A DNA stretch of 64,000 nt from contig JBHGNT010000014.1 in NCBI GenBank assembly GCA_043228905.1, positions 2,976,001 through 3,040,000 of the forward strand, given 5' to 3'. The first letter of the stretch is position 1. Every line of letters starts with the position of its first letter. Below, piece after piece: positions 36,871-48,887 of the stretch. Made by a program: the position numbers and the translations under genes. This stretch comes from Azolla caroliniana (taxonomy: Eukaryota > Plantae > Polypodiophyta). The notes under the pieces are model-generated. The model searched no databases. It worked only from the letters and a program-made list of their open reading frames with translations, and had not been told where the DNA came from.

Positions 36871-39800
36871 ACGCCCAGATCCTTTAGTATGCGTTTAAGC
36901 CATACGGCTTCACATGCCGCGACTGTTGCACCCCTATATTCGGCTTCCGTGCTCAACAATGCGATTGTCGGTTGTTTCTTGTTGCTCCAAGAGATTGCTC
37001 CGCTACTGAATAACTGAGGTCGGGTCGCGTAATGGTTAGATAGATCAAACTACCGATCAGTTGTCAATACTGAGTCGGCTCGCTCTCAGTGGTTCCGAAA
37101 TTGGCATCAATCTTTAGGTTACGATCGAGTGGGGTAAACACAGGCTTGCACTCGGTCATTCCGAACTTGTAGAGTAAGTTGAGGATGTAGTGTCGTTGTG
37201 AGATCATTATCCCGACTGGTGTCCGAATTATTTCAATGCCTAGGAAGTAATGGAGTTCGTGCAGGTCTTTCATTTTGAATCTGCCGGAGAGAAGTGTTTT
37301 GACTTTGTTGATCTCGGCGAGATCCTTTCCTCCAATGACCAAGTCACCAACGTATAGGATGATGATGATCGGGCTATCCGACTCATTTCGGATGTACAGA
37401 GAAGTATCGGATTTTGACATCCTAAATCCAACTTGATGAAGATATTGTGTGATCTTCGAATGCTAAGCACGCGGTGCTTGTTTCAGGCCGTAGAGTGGCT
37501 TCTTGAGTCGTCATACGGCGTGAAGATGTTTACGCGATTCGAAGTCGAGTGGTTGTATCATGTGCACCTCTTCTTCTAACTCTCCTTGGAGGAAAGCATT
37601 TTTCACGTCCATCTGGTGGAGGTGCCATCCCTTTGCTACGGCGAGTGCAATTACTGTCCGTACAGTTGTCATCTTTGCCTTCGGGGCAAAGGTTTCTTCG
37701 TAGTCTATGCCATGCGTTTGCGCGTAGCCTTTCGCAATGAGCCGTGCTTTGAAGCGATTTACGTATCCATCTTCATTGTATTTTACTTTGTATATCCATC
37801 TGCAACCAATCGCTTTCTTGTTCGGGGGGAGAGGAACGAGATCACATGTCTCGTTTTTGCATAAAGCTTCCATCTCCTCATTCATCCCAACGACCCATCG
37901 CGGATCCTTTGCGGCTTCAGAAAGCATTTCCGGTTCCCGTACTGACGCTACTGTCATCATAAAAGCATAGTGATACACCATGTACTCATCGTAGTTGTAG
38001 CGGTTTACGAGGTTCTTTTCACGTGTGGATCGGCGTAGCTCTCGATCCGTGGGGAGTATGGCTTTCTTAACTCCATCTATGCGGATTTCAAGATCTTCAA
38101 ATTCATTGTCAAGAGAGTGAAGCATCTCGGTCTCTTCCTGATATTCATATTCCCGCATTTTCGCCTTCCCTTTGTCTAGCTTCGAACTCGGCAGAGATAT
38201 GCTTTCATCGCTCGGCGGCTCTGATGGCCCACTCAGCCATGTCGTAATTGGGTTTTCTTCTAACATCTGTGTGAGCCGATCCTCAACTTCTATTTCTATT
38301 TCAGTGTCATCCGTGTCGAGCAAGGTTGGAGTCGAAGTATTCTCTGGTGCGTACCAAGATGCGTATTCGTCGAAGACTACGTCTCAACGTGTTCGAACCT
38401 TACGGGTAGATGGGTTGTAGCATTTGTGCCCCTTTTGTTTGAGTGAGTATCCTACAAGGATACATTTGTCTGACTTTGGGTCAAGCTTTTGCCACGTATC
38501 GTCGGGAATATGTACGTAGGTGATAGAACCGAAAATGCAGACATGTGACAAGTCCGACTTCTTTCCAAAGAATTTCTCATGCGGAGTTATATCGTGTACT
38601 CCCTAGGTTGTGCACCTGTTCATGAGATATACGATTGTATTTGCCGCTTCTGCCCAATATGATTTTGGCAGGTGGTTTTTGTTCATCATGGCTTGTGCGA
38701 CTTCTACTACATGGCGATTTTAACGCTCTCCTACGTCGTTTTGCTGAGGTGTGTGTCGACACGAGAACTCTCTTCGGATTCCTTCTTTTCAGAGATACGC
38801 CGTAAATTCATCTGAAAAATATTCTTTGCCTCCATCTGATTGAAGACAGCGTACATGCCGACCCGTAGTTTTTTCGACTTCGGTTTTGAATGTCTGGAGG
38901 TGCCTGAACACTTCACTCTTCTGCTTCATTGGATAGATCCAGGTGTTCCTGAAGAAGTCGTCGATGAACGTGACATAATATCGGCATCCGCCGAATGTTG
39001 TTGTCCAGTTGGCCCCCACACATCTGAATGTACAACGTCCAAGATTCCTTTGCTCACATTCCGCTCTTTAGGGAATGGGTGACGGCGTTGCTTTCCGAAC
39101 TGACATGCTTCACATACGCCTGTAATCTCCTTCGCCGTAAACTTCGTGAGTCTGATTACGACTCCTTTCGATTGCATGTTCTGGAGCTTTTGGAGATTGA
39201 TGTGGCCAATTCTCTTGTGCCACAGTTTCAAGTCGGTTTCGACTTTCTGGCCCTTTGCAAACATGGCCGAGTTTACCTCACTCAATTCGAGGATGAACAT
39301 ACGGCCTTTACAACGGCCGTGAGCTATGACTTGATCGCCTTTTTCGATGAAGCACCCATCTTTATTGAAGCGTACTTGCATTCCTTGTTCAACAATCTGG
39401 CCAACCGAGACCAGGTTTTTCATAATAGTGGGGACATGCAGCACGTTCTTGAGGTAGGTCTGTTTGCCGTCGTTTCTAAATGGGACGTTCCCGATATGTT
39501 GTATTGGATGATTCGTATCATCTCCTATTTCGACATATCCGGGATGTTTGGGCTTCCGTAGTTCCCAAAACCAATCTTCATGGGACGTCATGTGATTGGA
39601 TGCTCCCGAATTGACAAACCATACGTTGTTCGGAGTGGAATCGATAGTTGATGCAAGTGCGGACATTGAGTGCACTTCGTGCTTCATTATGAACATTTCG
39701 CCACGGTCGCGGTAGTCGGAGTTCGTGGCATAATTTGTTAGTTGTCGGCCTTGCTCACGCTTCTTCTTCCAACACTCCTCTTGTTAGTGGTTGGGTTTTC

Positions 39801-40864
39801 CACAGTACCCGCACTCAACTAGGTTCCTACAGTTGCTTGGTCAGGCGTGATGACTCCCCCTTCCGCCGAACTCTCTAGGGCCATTTCTGTCTGCTTGCCA
39901 TTGGTGGGAGTTACGCTCTTGGTTGTGTCGGCCTTGGCCGAATCGACCTCTCCTTCTACGGTTTTGTCCTCTTCCTCCATCGAAGTTCGAATATAGCATT
40001 TGTCCGTCATGCGCGTTGTTCCTTTGACGCACGTGATTCTCTTCAACTAGCAACAATGACTGGAGATAAAAAAAGGAGGGAGGATTCTCTCTTGCGAGAA
40101 CGCCCGATCTTATTGCGCCAAATCGCGGTGCCAATCCACCGAGGCATATCTGCACCATTTCTTGGTCGTCAATGCTAACATTGATCGATCCAAGGCCATC
40201 ACATAACTCCTTGATCTTTAAGGTGTAGTTGCTGATTGACATGTCCCTTTGTTGAAGATTGTTCAACTCCTGTCGAAGTTGGAGCTTTTGTGCAGCCGTA
40301 CTGGCTGCGAAAATCTTCTTGAGGTTTTCCCACGCCTGCTTCGACGTTTTTGCCTCTCAAATGTAGCCAAGCATATGATCATGAACGCATGATGCAAGGC
40401 AATACAACACACAACTTGCGGCCTGCTCCCAAGCGGGATAGTCGGCATGTGTTAGGTTGGGTTGTGATTTGTGAGCTCCTTCGATGTAGCTCCAGTAGGC
40501 TTGTCCGACAAGGTATTGATGCATCTTGTATTCCCAAGATACAAAGTTTGTTCTATCGAGCTTCTCGGTAGGAAGAGCGCTTCCCATTTGAGTATTCATG
40601 GTGATTTCTTCTCTGTTGATGGACCGGTTCTGTTGATCGTCGGCGTGTAGCACAACACAATCGAATAGGCTTAATCAGGCAACCATACGCTCTGATACCA
40701 TGTAACGGAATGGGAGGCAAGAGTGATTGCACTGCAGCGGAAGAAGATTAAGAGTGTGTGTGAGAGAGAGGCAACAAAGGGAGAGAGGGAGAGAGAACTC
40801 TTAAGGCAGAGATAGAAAAGTTGTATATTAACCAAAAAATACATCAAACATAAAACATCCAACA
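36871..40864 (-). mobile_element. Degenerate copia (partial LTR, iMet PBS, gag, PR, IN, RT, part of RNase H)
   Basis: PBS TGGTATCAGAGC 40689-40700; WFVNSGASNHMT, LWHKRIGH, QSDGGKEY, QMDVKNAFL; many frameshifts. Confidence 0.88.
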
Positions 40865-43363
40865 GTAACTAAGTTACAATGCGTTGGTTTATATACCAAC
40901 TAAGCTAGGGCAAGTGCCCTTTCTACTATCTACAAAACTAGCCCAACATGTCCATGAGCTAGTGTGAAACCTATCTATGGGAAGTTGAGTTCGACTCTCA
41001 ACACCTGGTAATTTTTCTTTTATTATATCTATTGTTGACTTCCTTAATCTTCCGGCTTTTGTAAGCGTGAAGTCGTACACGATGATATCCACATCAGAGA
41101 TATCAAGGGTCAAGGTGTTACGAATGTTTTGCTTCCTCTTCCTACCCCCCCTTGTCGTTGGGCATTCAATCATCTCCAATGTATACTTACTTGTAAAAGC
41201 ATTTGCACTTCTAGTGTTGTACCAATGAACATTTATAGACTTGATTGTGTTTTCTATTTCATGCATTAGCACTTCTAGAATTTTACCAACCCAAAATTGG
41301 TGGCCATGTGAGTTCTCATCAGTCGGCGTTGCAATCAACATCCCCGCCGCGAGCTCTTGCAAATTGCCTTGCCATCTAGCTTCGGCTGTTTTGGTCATCC
41401 TTGGTCCCACATAAATGTCTCTTTGTTGTGGATGGACCAAACTATCATTAATCGCATTTGCTGGTTGCTCTGGAGTTTTATTTACACAATCATGTTGTAG
41501 CGACCATGTAAATGACGTTTCCAAATTCCAATTATCACCAAATACACAATTGTCTATAATTCCTTTCTTATCACTAACAAATACATCCCACCATGACGTG
41601 TCTTGTTGTGTGGCATATTTCTTTGCGGCCTCAATATGCTTTCTTTTTTCTTCTAAGGCTTGGAGCCATAATTGTTTTTGTTCTGATACCAAGTCACTAT
41701 GCAACTGTCCTTTCTTCTCAATTGACATTTGTTTAGCTCCATGGATAATTGTACTCGACATACAAAGTAATAACTGGCAACCACCTTCAGGTTCCCATTT
41801 TTTAGAATATGAATATTGTTTAGCATACAAATGCGTAGATATCTATCCCAACACCCCCATCTGATATATATCTCTTAAAGTCATATACCTCCTTCAAGTG
41901 TAACACTTTTGGGCATGGTGTATATGCATCACAAATGACATCAAATAGTTTTGGTAATGTGCAAGCATCATGCCGAGAAAACTGTCTGGAGAATGTGCTA
42001 AACATCTTATCTATATGATCATGTGTGTAGCTACCCAAAAGAAAATTGACTTTCACTTTTCTAAACAATCCTTGGCTGACCAACATACTTAGATAGCCAA
42101 ACACAGTTGAATTTTTGTTCTCTCTAGCAGTATTGTCCAATTGAATGTATAGAACAGGGGGGAACAGTTGGCCCCAAGACATCAAAACTCGGTGAATCAC
42201 TGTAACTATTAGGTTAGGGTCATTGTGAACATTGGGGTATGTAATGAAGACGTGAGGTCTAACAGACCTATTATAAGCCAAGCACCCCACCAAGTGCATC
42301 ACTGTAACTATTAGGTTAGGGTCATTGTGAACATTGGGGTATGTAATGAAGATGTGAGGTCTAACAGACCTATTATAAGCCAAGCACCCCACCAAGTGCA
42401 TTTGAACAAGGCACTCATCATTGATGTCTTTGAGGAGCCTCCGCATATGTGGCAAGCACGTCTTCTTCTGGTCCATGCCATCTGTCATTAAGCACATGTA
42501 TTGTTCGGGCCTCTTCAAACACTTCTCTCTATGATGCATTGCCTTCTTTTGTTTTAACGATTGTGCCTCACGATGCTCATGTAGTAACTTCTTACTCATA
42601 TCCTTTTCCATTGATGTCTTTGCACCTTTAGCCAAACTTTTAAGATTTGCACAAATGGAGCAATACCCCATGCGTACTTTACGCAAAATGATAACATTTG
42701 AAAACCGAGCTCTCCATAATCTTGTGAATTGGCTATATGTGACAGATTTATTACGTGAGCCCACCATATCTGATCGATAGACATCATAAACTTCCCGACG
42801 TGTGTAATTATCAAAGAGGTGCATCCTACATGTAGTAGGCATTACTTCACAATTTAATTGAAAGTAACTTTTCATCCAACCAATAGCATGTCTTCCAATT
42901 GCACCTTTCATACTTGGAACCTCTTTACAATTGAGCATCTGATCCCCACTAAGTAGACGTTGTTGTAGTCTATGTAGCTGCATGTTACTAACACATAACG
43001 CAATTTTGAAGGCAACTCTACATATCTATTGCGCATGGAAGATATAATAATCGAATGATACTTTGATCCTCGTACATTTGTCAGACACTAGAACTTGCAT
43101 ATGTGACCCGAGGTAAGTGTCTTGCTCATCACCAGGCATTGAAAAATAATATCGCCTTAATTCCCGCAATTTTGATTTTCCAATCATTGACATACAACCA
43201 CGGGCACAACATTTTTGTTGACATCAAATCCAATATGCTTATCTGATGTCACCAAGTTAAATCTGGCCAGACAAATTCTACGTGGGATTCTTCTAATATG
43301 CTTATTTGATGTCACCAAGTTAAAGCACAATATGACAAATTTCAGTTTACATCTCATCACAAT

Positions 43364-43512
43364 AACCTTAACTTGAGAACAAACCCTAACTCTACCTCTA
43401 ACTCTAACCCTAACCCTAACTCGAAAAAAAACCCTAACCCAAACCCTAACTCGAGAACAAACCCTAACCCCAACCCTAACCCTAACTTGAGAACCAACCC
43501 CAACCCTAACCC
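43364..43512 (+). repeat. Degenerate telomere-like (AACCCT)n array
   Basis: About 15 CCCTAA/CCCCAA/CTCTAA hexamers interrupted by AACTYGAGAAC spacers. Confidence 0.8.
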
Positions 43513-44215
43513 TTGGCCTCGAACAACAAACCCGAAGCCTCCTCCACCACAAATTAAGCGTGGATCATCCAACCACCACAACCATCCTCAATTCATCTAC
43601 AACATAAATAATAATGAAGTTAGCATGAACCCTTATCCTAACAACCTCAATCATGGAAACCCAAAAGTATTATTCTATAGACCCAATGGCCTTTCGATAG
43701 GCCCGAACACAAACTCAGCCCACCTCCACCATAGCACGAGGATAACACTAACATTCCCGAACTCCAACTTCACCACATTTGTTTCCCCTTATACAGGTCC
43801 ATTGCATCATCCACCACGGGATCTCCATCATCGACCATCACAACTTTTTGGTGGTGGCGGCGGTTGCGGCGGCGGCGGCGGCGGCGGCAATGACATCAAC
43901 CACCATACGCTAGCTTGGCCACACAGCTCACACGGAGTACCCCCATCTCTGATCCATACTTTCCACTCATCGGCCGCACCTGATGGTTTCTCGTCGGCCC
44001 TACACAACCACCAACAACACGATGAATTAAAGCTAAAGACGGGCGACAGTGTTCTCGACTCGACGCGTACAGTCGACTATAGAGGCGTCGACCTCCCCCA
44101 TTCTCACCTTTCCCCCTTGCTCTCCAGCCCTCCTCTTTATATTGAGCCCCTCAAAGCCTCTCATCCCTCCTCCTTTGATCCTCAATTTTCTTTCCCTCCT
44201 CCTACAATAGGGTAG
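43373..44215 (+). CDS. Possible PLE ORF1 / N-terminal low-complexity (Asn-Pro, His, Gly-rich) region
   Basis: 280-codon open frame with no recognisable domain; may be an artefact of C-rich composition. Confidence 0.3.
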   Translation: MRTNPNSTSNSNPNPNSKKNPNPNPNSRTNPNPNPNPNLRTNPNPNPWPRTTNPKPPPPQIKRGSSNHHNHPQFIYNINNNEVSMNPYPNNLNHGNPKVLFYRPNGLSIGPNTNSAHLHHSTRITLTFPNSNFTTFVSPYTGPLHHPPRDLHHRPSQLFGGGGGCGGGGGGGNDINHHTLAWPHSSHGVPPSLIHTFHSSAAPDGFSSALHNHQQHDELKLKTGDSVLDSTRTVDYRGVDLPHSHLSPLLSSPPLYIEPLKASHPSSFDPQFSFPPPTIG

Positions 44216-44815
44216 CATAACCCATCCCCCTTTCCTTATTCATGGCCACTACACTCACACCCCTTTCACTCTGAAAACCCTCCCACATTTTCTGCAAATT
44301 CCTTGTATACCCCTCCGTTACTTTCTAATATTCCCCAACCTAACCCCCTTCCCCCTTTTTGTAATGACCCCCATCCATATTTTCCCCCCAACACTTTGTA
44401 TAATTCTGGTCTTACCCCTCCCCCTATTTCTAACACAGCCCCCTCCCTCCCTAATATCTTCACACACTCCCTCTCCTTTCTTAATAATTCCACACATGCA
44501 ACCCCCCCCCCCCCCCCCCTTTTTCTCACATAATTTGAAAAATAACCCCTCCCTATTTACATATAATACCCCTCCCCTTTTTCCTAATTCTAACTCGTTT
44601 GCCCCTACCACACACCCATATAATAAGTCAAACCCCCATAGCTCTTACAAACCCCCCCCTCACCCCCAAACTAAAACTCGGTCTTATACATGTAGACCAA
44701 AAAACGGGTAGCGAGGCATGCTAAACGAATTAGTAAACGTTTTAAGCACGCCTTGCACCCTTGTAAGCGTCTCTTTTACATACTACATTAGCCCCCCTTA
44801 ACTTGTGATACCTAC

Positions 44816-46699
44816 ATGTGGCTAGGTAGAACAAACTCTTGTTTCCCCTTCTCCCCTTACACTAAATCACACACTAAAAAGTTAAATACTAAAAAACCAC
44901 GAACCAAATTTTGGACTCCCCTCCTTAGGAAACCTGTAATTAATAGTAGGATACACAATCACTCTGATTATACCCTCTCCAAACACGAGACACAACTCCT
45001 CAACCTAGGTTTGAAACACATCCTCCCATCTTCCCCACCTCCACCTCTTATCCTACTTAAAGAATTTGATAGCCTTAGTAGGACCCTCCGACTTAAACAC
45101 TTTTTCAAAGATGAGGATAATTCCCCCCTAAATCCCTTTAAATTACCTAACCCTAGTTGGCAACCCCCTACTAAATACACACCCCTAGAAAACATTATAG
45201 TTAAACATCAAACTCTCTTTAGTAATACACTTCATACACTCAAATTAAAACCCACTAGGATTCCACTCCACTTATTACAAGCCTTACGATCTCTTAAAAA
45301 TAACAATAGAATCATAATTTTACCCGCGGATAAAAACGTTGGAGTTTGTGTTCTTAACAAAGACACATACTATAACAAAGTTGTAGAACACCTTTCCGAT
45401 TCTAATACCTATAGAGTAGTTTCCCACTATCCACTTGAAGAGTTATCATATAGACTTAAAAAGATTGTTAACAACCATTTAGGTACCTTATCCACCATAG
45501 AAGCCAACTACATACTACATAAGCCCTCAACAGGATACCAAGTATGCAATCTCTACTTCCTCCCCAAACTCCACAAGAACCCAATGGGCTTTAGACCTAT
45601 TTGTTCATATAATAACTCTCTTTTTTAATAGACGTCTAAATGGCTTCAGCACCAACTCATGCCAATCCTTCTCCTTCAAAAACAATATTTGAAAGACTCA
45701 CACTCCCTTATCCAAACTCTAGAACATCTTAAACCACCCCCTAATATCTTTATCTTTACCTTTGATGTTGAATCCTTATAGCCTAGCATCCCCCCTAAGC
45801 TAGGTCTAGAAGCCTTACGAAAAATCATTACCCCCCATTTTTCGACTTCTAAAACTAACCTTATTTATACACTTAGCGCACTCACATTAGAATATCACTT
45901 TCTCTCTTTTGACGACGTAATTTATCAACAAGTAAAGGGTACAGCCATGGGTAGTAATTTTTCCGTAGTATATGCTTTCCTTTTCTTAGCTCACTTAGAG
46001 AATTCGCAACCACCACACCCAAATCTTTGCTTTTTCACTAGATATATAGATGACGCTTTTGGAATATGGACGGGTACTAAACTCGAGTTAGAAAATTACC
46101 TTCAATTCTATAATACCTCTACTAATAATTGTATCAAACTTACCATCACCACTTCCCCCTCTAGATTACCCTTCCTAGACTTATGGATTAACCTAGAAAA
46201 CTCAAAATTCTCCTTTAATTGCTACCAAAAGCCCCAAAATGCTTACCAATATCTCTCGTTCTCGTTAGAACACCCCCTTCATTTAAAAAGACATTTTATT
46301 ATTAATGAACTCAAACGATACCTAATTAGAGAAAGGACTCCTTTAGGTTTCCGTCGAATGAAAAAACTATTTTTTACTAGACTAATTACGAGAGGATATC
46401 CCCCTTCTTTCATAAAAGAGAATTATAAAAATGTCCCCTTTAGGGTTAGGAAATCACTAATATATAGCAGGAAACCCAAAAGTACTCTTCTACCCATTAT
46501 CTTCAAACTTAGATATACACGAGATACCCCTAAGAAAGGAATTCACGACATGCTAAAAAACCTCCACGAGGATTTACTCTTAGATCCCAAACTATCTCAG
46601 ATACCTAGACCTTTTGTGTGTTGGACTAAGTCCAAGTCCATTCATTCTTTTTTGGTCAAAACTAAATATAAAAGGTCATCCCCAAAATCTCTTACTTAA
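44816..46699 (+). pseudogene. Penelope-like reverse transcriptase with three in-frame stops
   Basis: One frame: LLNLGLKH, ILPADKNVG, LYFLPKLHK..RPI, FTFDVESL*PSIP, QVKGTAMGS, RYIDDAFGIW, LPFLDL, YQKP..YL...HP; stops at 45626, 45629 and ~45779. Confidence 0.92.
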
Positions 46700-46937
46700 C
46701 ACTACACCTTTACTTACTTATAACCCCCCACTTATTACTTACCATAATCTCCCACTTTTCATAGCCCACCCCCACTTATTACTTAGCATACACATACTTA
46801 TAACCCTCCACTCTTCTTAGCCCACCACCACTTACTTTGTATCATTCAACTACCTACCATTACCCCCTTCTTCTCTCCCTCTCCCTCTCCCTCTCCCACC
46901 TCCCCCACCTTATATAAAGCTGCACCCATCTTGTAAT

Positions 46938-46994
46938 AGACCTTTGCACTGATGAGCTCATTCTTGAGCGAAACTAGTTTGCTGCATAAGGTCT
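46938..46994 (+). ncRNA. Type I minimal hammerhead ribozyme
   Basis: CTGATGA 46949-46955; stem II GCTCA-ttct-TGAGC; GAAA 46970-46973; palindromic mini stem III ACTAGT; GUU site ending 46979; stem I GCA/TGC plus AGACCTT/AAGGTCT. Confidence 0.88.
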
Positions 46995-47022
46995 TTCTTT
47001 TCATTCTAATGATATTTTCTTG

Positions 47023-47024
<2 letters not shown>

Positions 47025-47075
<51 letters not shown>
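47025..47075. repeat. (CT)n microsatellite in the PLE 3' region
   Basis: Seen directly. Confidence 0.95.
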
Positions 47076-47076
<1 letters not shown>

Positions 47077-47914
47077 TGGTACTCACAATCTATTTTCTTC
47101 CTATTAGATTATCTACCCTACTACTACGTCGCTCGCACTCCTTGTAACGACCCAACGGTTGACAATAAAAGGCTAGACGAATTCTACGTGGGATTCTTCT
47201 AATATGCATAGGACTTCCAGATTTCTCTTCTGTCATAGAAGTTGGGGTAACCTTGTTACAATCCAATTCTTTGTTGTGGCCATCGCCCATGATATTCAAT
47301 GTTTCATTGGCACTATCTTCATTCTCCGTATCTTTATTAATATCGTATTCTTCAATAGAGAACTCTTCACATGTGTCATTATTCACATGTGTTGTAGGTG
47401 AAGATGAGCTCAGACAATACTCTTCGATAGAAATGGGTGAGTCTGTCGACAGACAATATTCTTCGATAGAAAATGGTGAGTTTGTCGATAAACAATACTC
47501 TTCGGTAGAAAACGAAGAGTCTGATGACAAACAATATTCTTCAATCGAGAAAGGTGAGTCTTCACTCATGGCTTAAGGTCCACATAGAGCTCGTCAAGTT
47601 ATGTGCTTGGGCTAATATAAAAAAATGATAAGCTCCTCTCTAAACATAAACTCCTCTCCAAACAAAAGCTCCCTCAATATAATGTCTATATTATTTAATA
47701 GTATATTAATACAATAAATAAAGATATTATTTTTAATATAATAAATTTATTCAACATATTAACAATTACTTAAACTAGTCAGTATAAAGTCGAATCAATT
47801 ATATTTTATACCTTATTAATCCTATAATATATAATTTAAATTAACTTTACTTTAGCCATGAAGTATAATATAATTACAATCATTACCAAGCCATATATAT
47901 GTTAGTTTAAAGTC

Positions 47915-48260
47915 AAAATCATTGGTTAATTAATGGCACCCATATTTAATATAGAACTTCTCAATCATTGGTTCATTCATGCCCACCATTTTAAATATAA
48001 GCCTTTTCAATCATTGGTTCATTCATGGCCACATCTTTAATACAAAACATGAGAGAGTCATAAAAATGCTGCTTTGAGTATTCAATCATTGGTTCATTCA
48101 TGAACCTCTATCATTGTTTTATTTATGACCTTCAAAGGCATTCTATATTAGTTTGAGTATAAAATAATCATTAATATGTTAGTTTGAGTATTTAATCATT
48201 GATTCATTCATAAGCATCATTTAATTCAAATCCATTAGAGAGTCATTGGTACATTCAAGA
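47915..48260. promoter_or_regulatory. Repeated AATCATTGGTTCATTCATG motif in the AT-rich spacer between divergent genes
   Basis: About 6 copies, most containing ATTGG (reverse CCAAT); TATAAATA near 48407; function inferred. Confidence 0.4.
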
Positions 48261-48615
48261 TTATGTACTAAATAAAGTGTACTAAGGTCTAAGAAAAAAG
48301 TATCCTAAGGTCAAAGAAACTCTTTCTTAGGTCTAACTAACTAACCTTAAGCTTACCAACCCTAGTTAAAGTAATTGTGGTTACTGTAACCACAGTGGTC
48401 AATCCCTATAAATAGGAAGACCTCCTCATTTCGCAATCACTCACGCGCAGAACAGAGCACACAGAGCACAAACAACCCATAGCACACAACACCAAATCGT
48501 CATCTCCCCGTAAGCATCGACGATGAGAATCATGTCTTCGAAGAAGATCGAGCGCCAAGAATCCAGGTAAGCGCCTGGCAATACGGACATTTTCATAAAT
48601 ATGTTTTAGCACTCA

Positions 48616-48887
48616 AGAACTCAATATGCCGTATCGAGTTCTTGTATAAAGTGGGGGTTTTATACAGGAACTCGATAAGGCGTATCGAGTTCCTGTTTAA
48701 AGTTTGTGTTTTATACAAGAACTCAATACGACGTATCGAGTTCCTGTTTAAAGTTTTTGTTATATACAGGAACTCGATAAGGCGTATCGAGTTCCTGTTT
48801 AAAGTTTGTGTTTTATACAGGAACTCGATATGGCGTATCGAGTTCCTGTTTAAAGTTTGTGTTATATACAGGAACTCAATACGCCGT
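48616..48887. repeat. 51-bp palindromic tandem repeat in intron 1, continuing at 56052-56195 after the gypsy insertion
   Basis: Unit contains the hairpin CAGGAACTCGATA-N5-TATCGAGTTCCTG. Confidence 0.9.

Larger units (their letters stand above)
43302..47170 (+). mobile_element. Penelope-like retroelement (PLE), endonuclease-less type
   Basis: PLE RT with no GIY-YIG on either side, 3' hammerhead motif, 5' CCCTAA-like repeats, 37-bp flanking duplication 43265-43301 / 47171-47207. Confidence 0.88.
40889..47569 (-). pseudogene. DDD-type transposase-like gene (DGMDQ...QLDN..RENKN...THDHID; DUF7869/Sola-related), split by the Penelope-like insertion
   Basis: Motifs in ORF 41820-42983 and C-terminal domain in 40889-41830; N-terminus 47171-47569 (39-bp SIEEYCL repeats) joins the downstream part through the duplicated HIRRIPRRI. 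Confidence 0.72.

Noticed and set aside
43364-43512. True chromosome end
   Set aside because: Short, degenerate and embedded within a split transposase gene
44816-46699. Telomerase (TERT) or LINE RT
   Set aside because: Motifs (PADK, LPKLHK, GTAMG, RYIDD, PFLD, YQKP) are PLE-type; no T motif and no APE domain
48616-48887. CRISPR-like palindromic array
   Set aside because: No unique spacers, no cas genes, eukaryotic intron context
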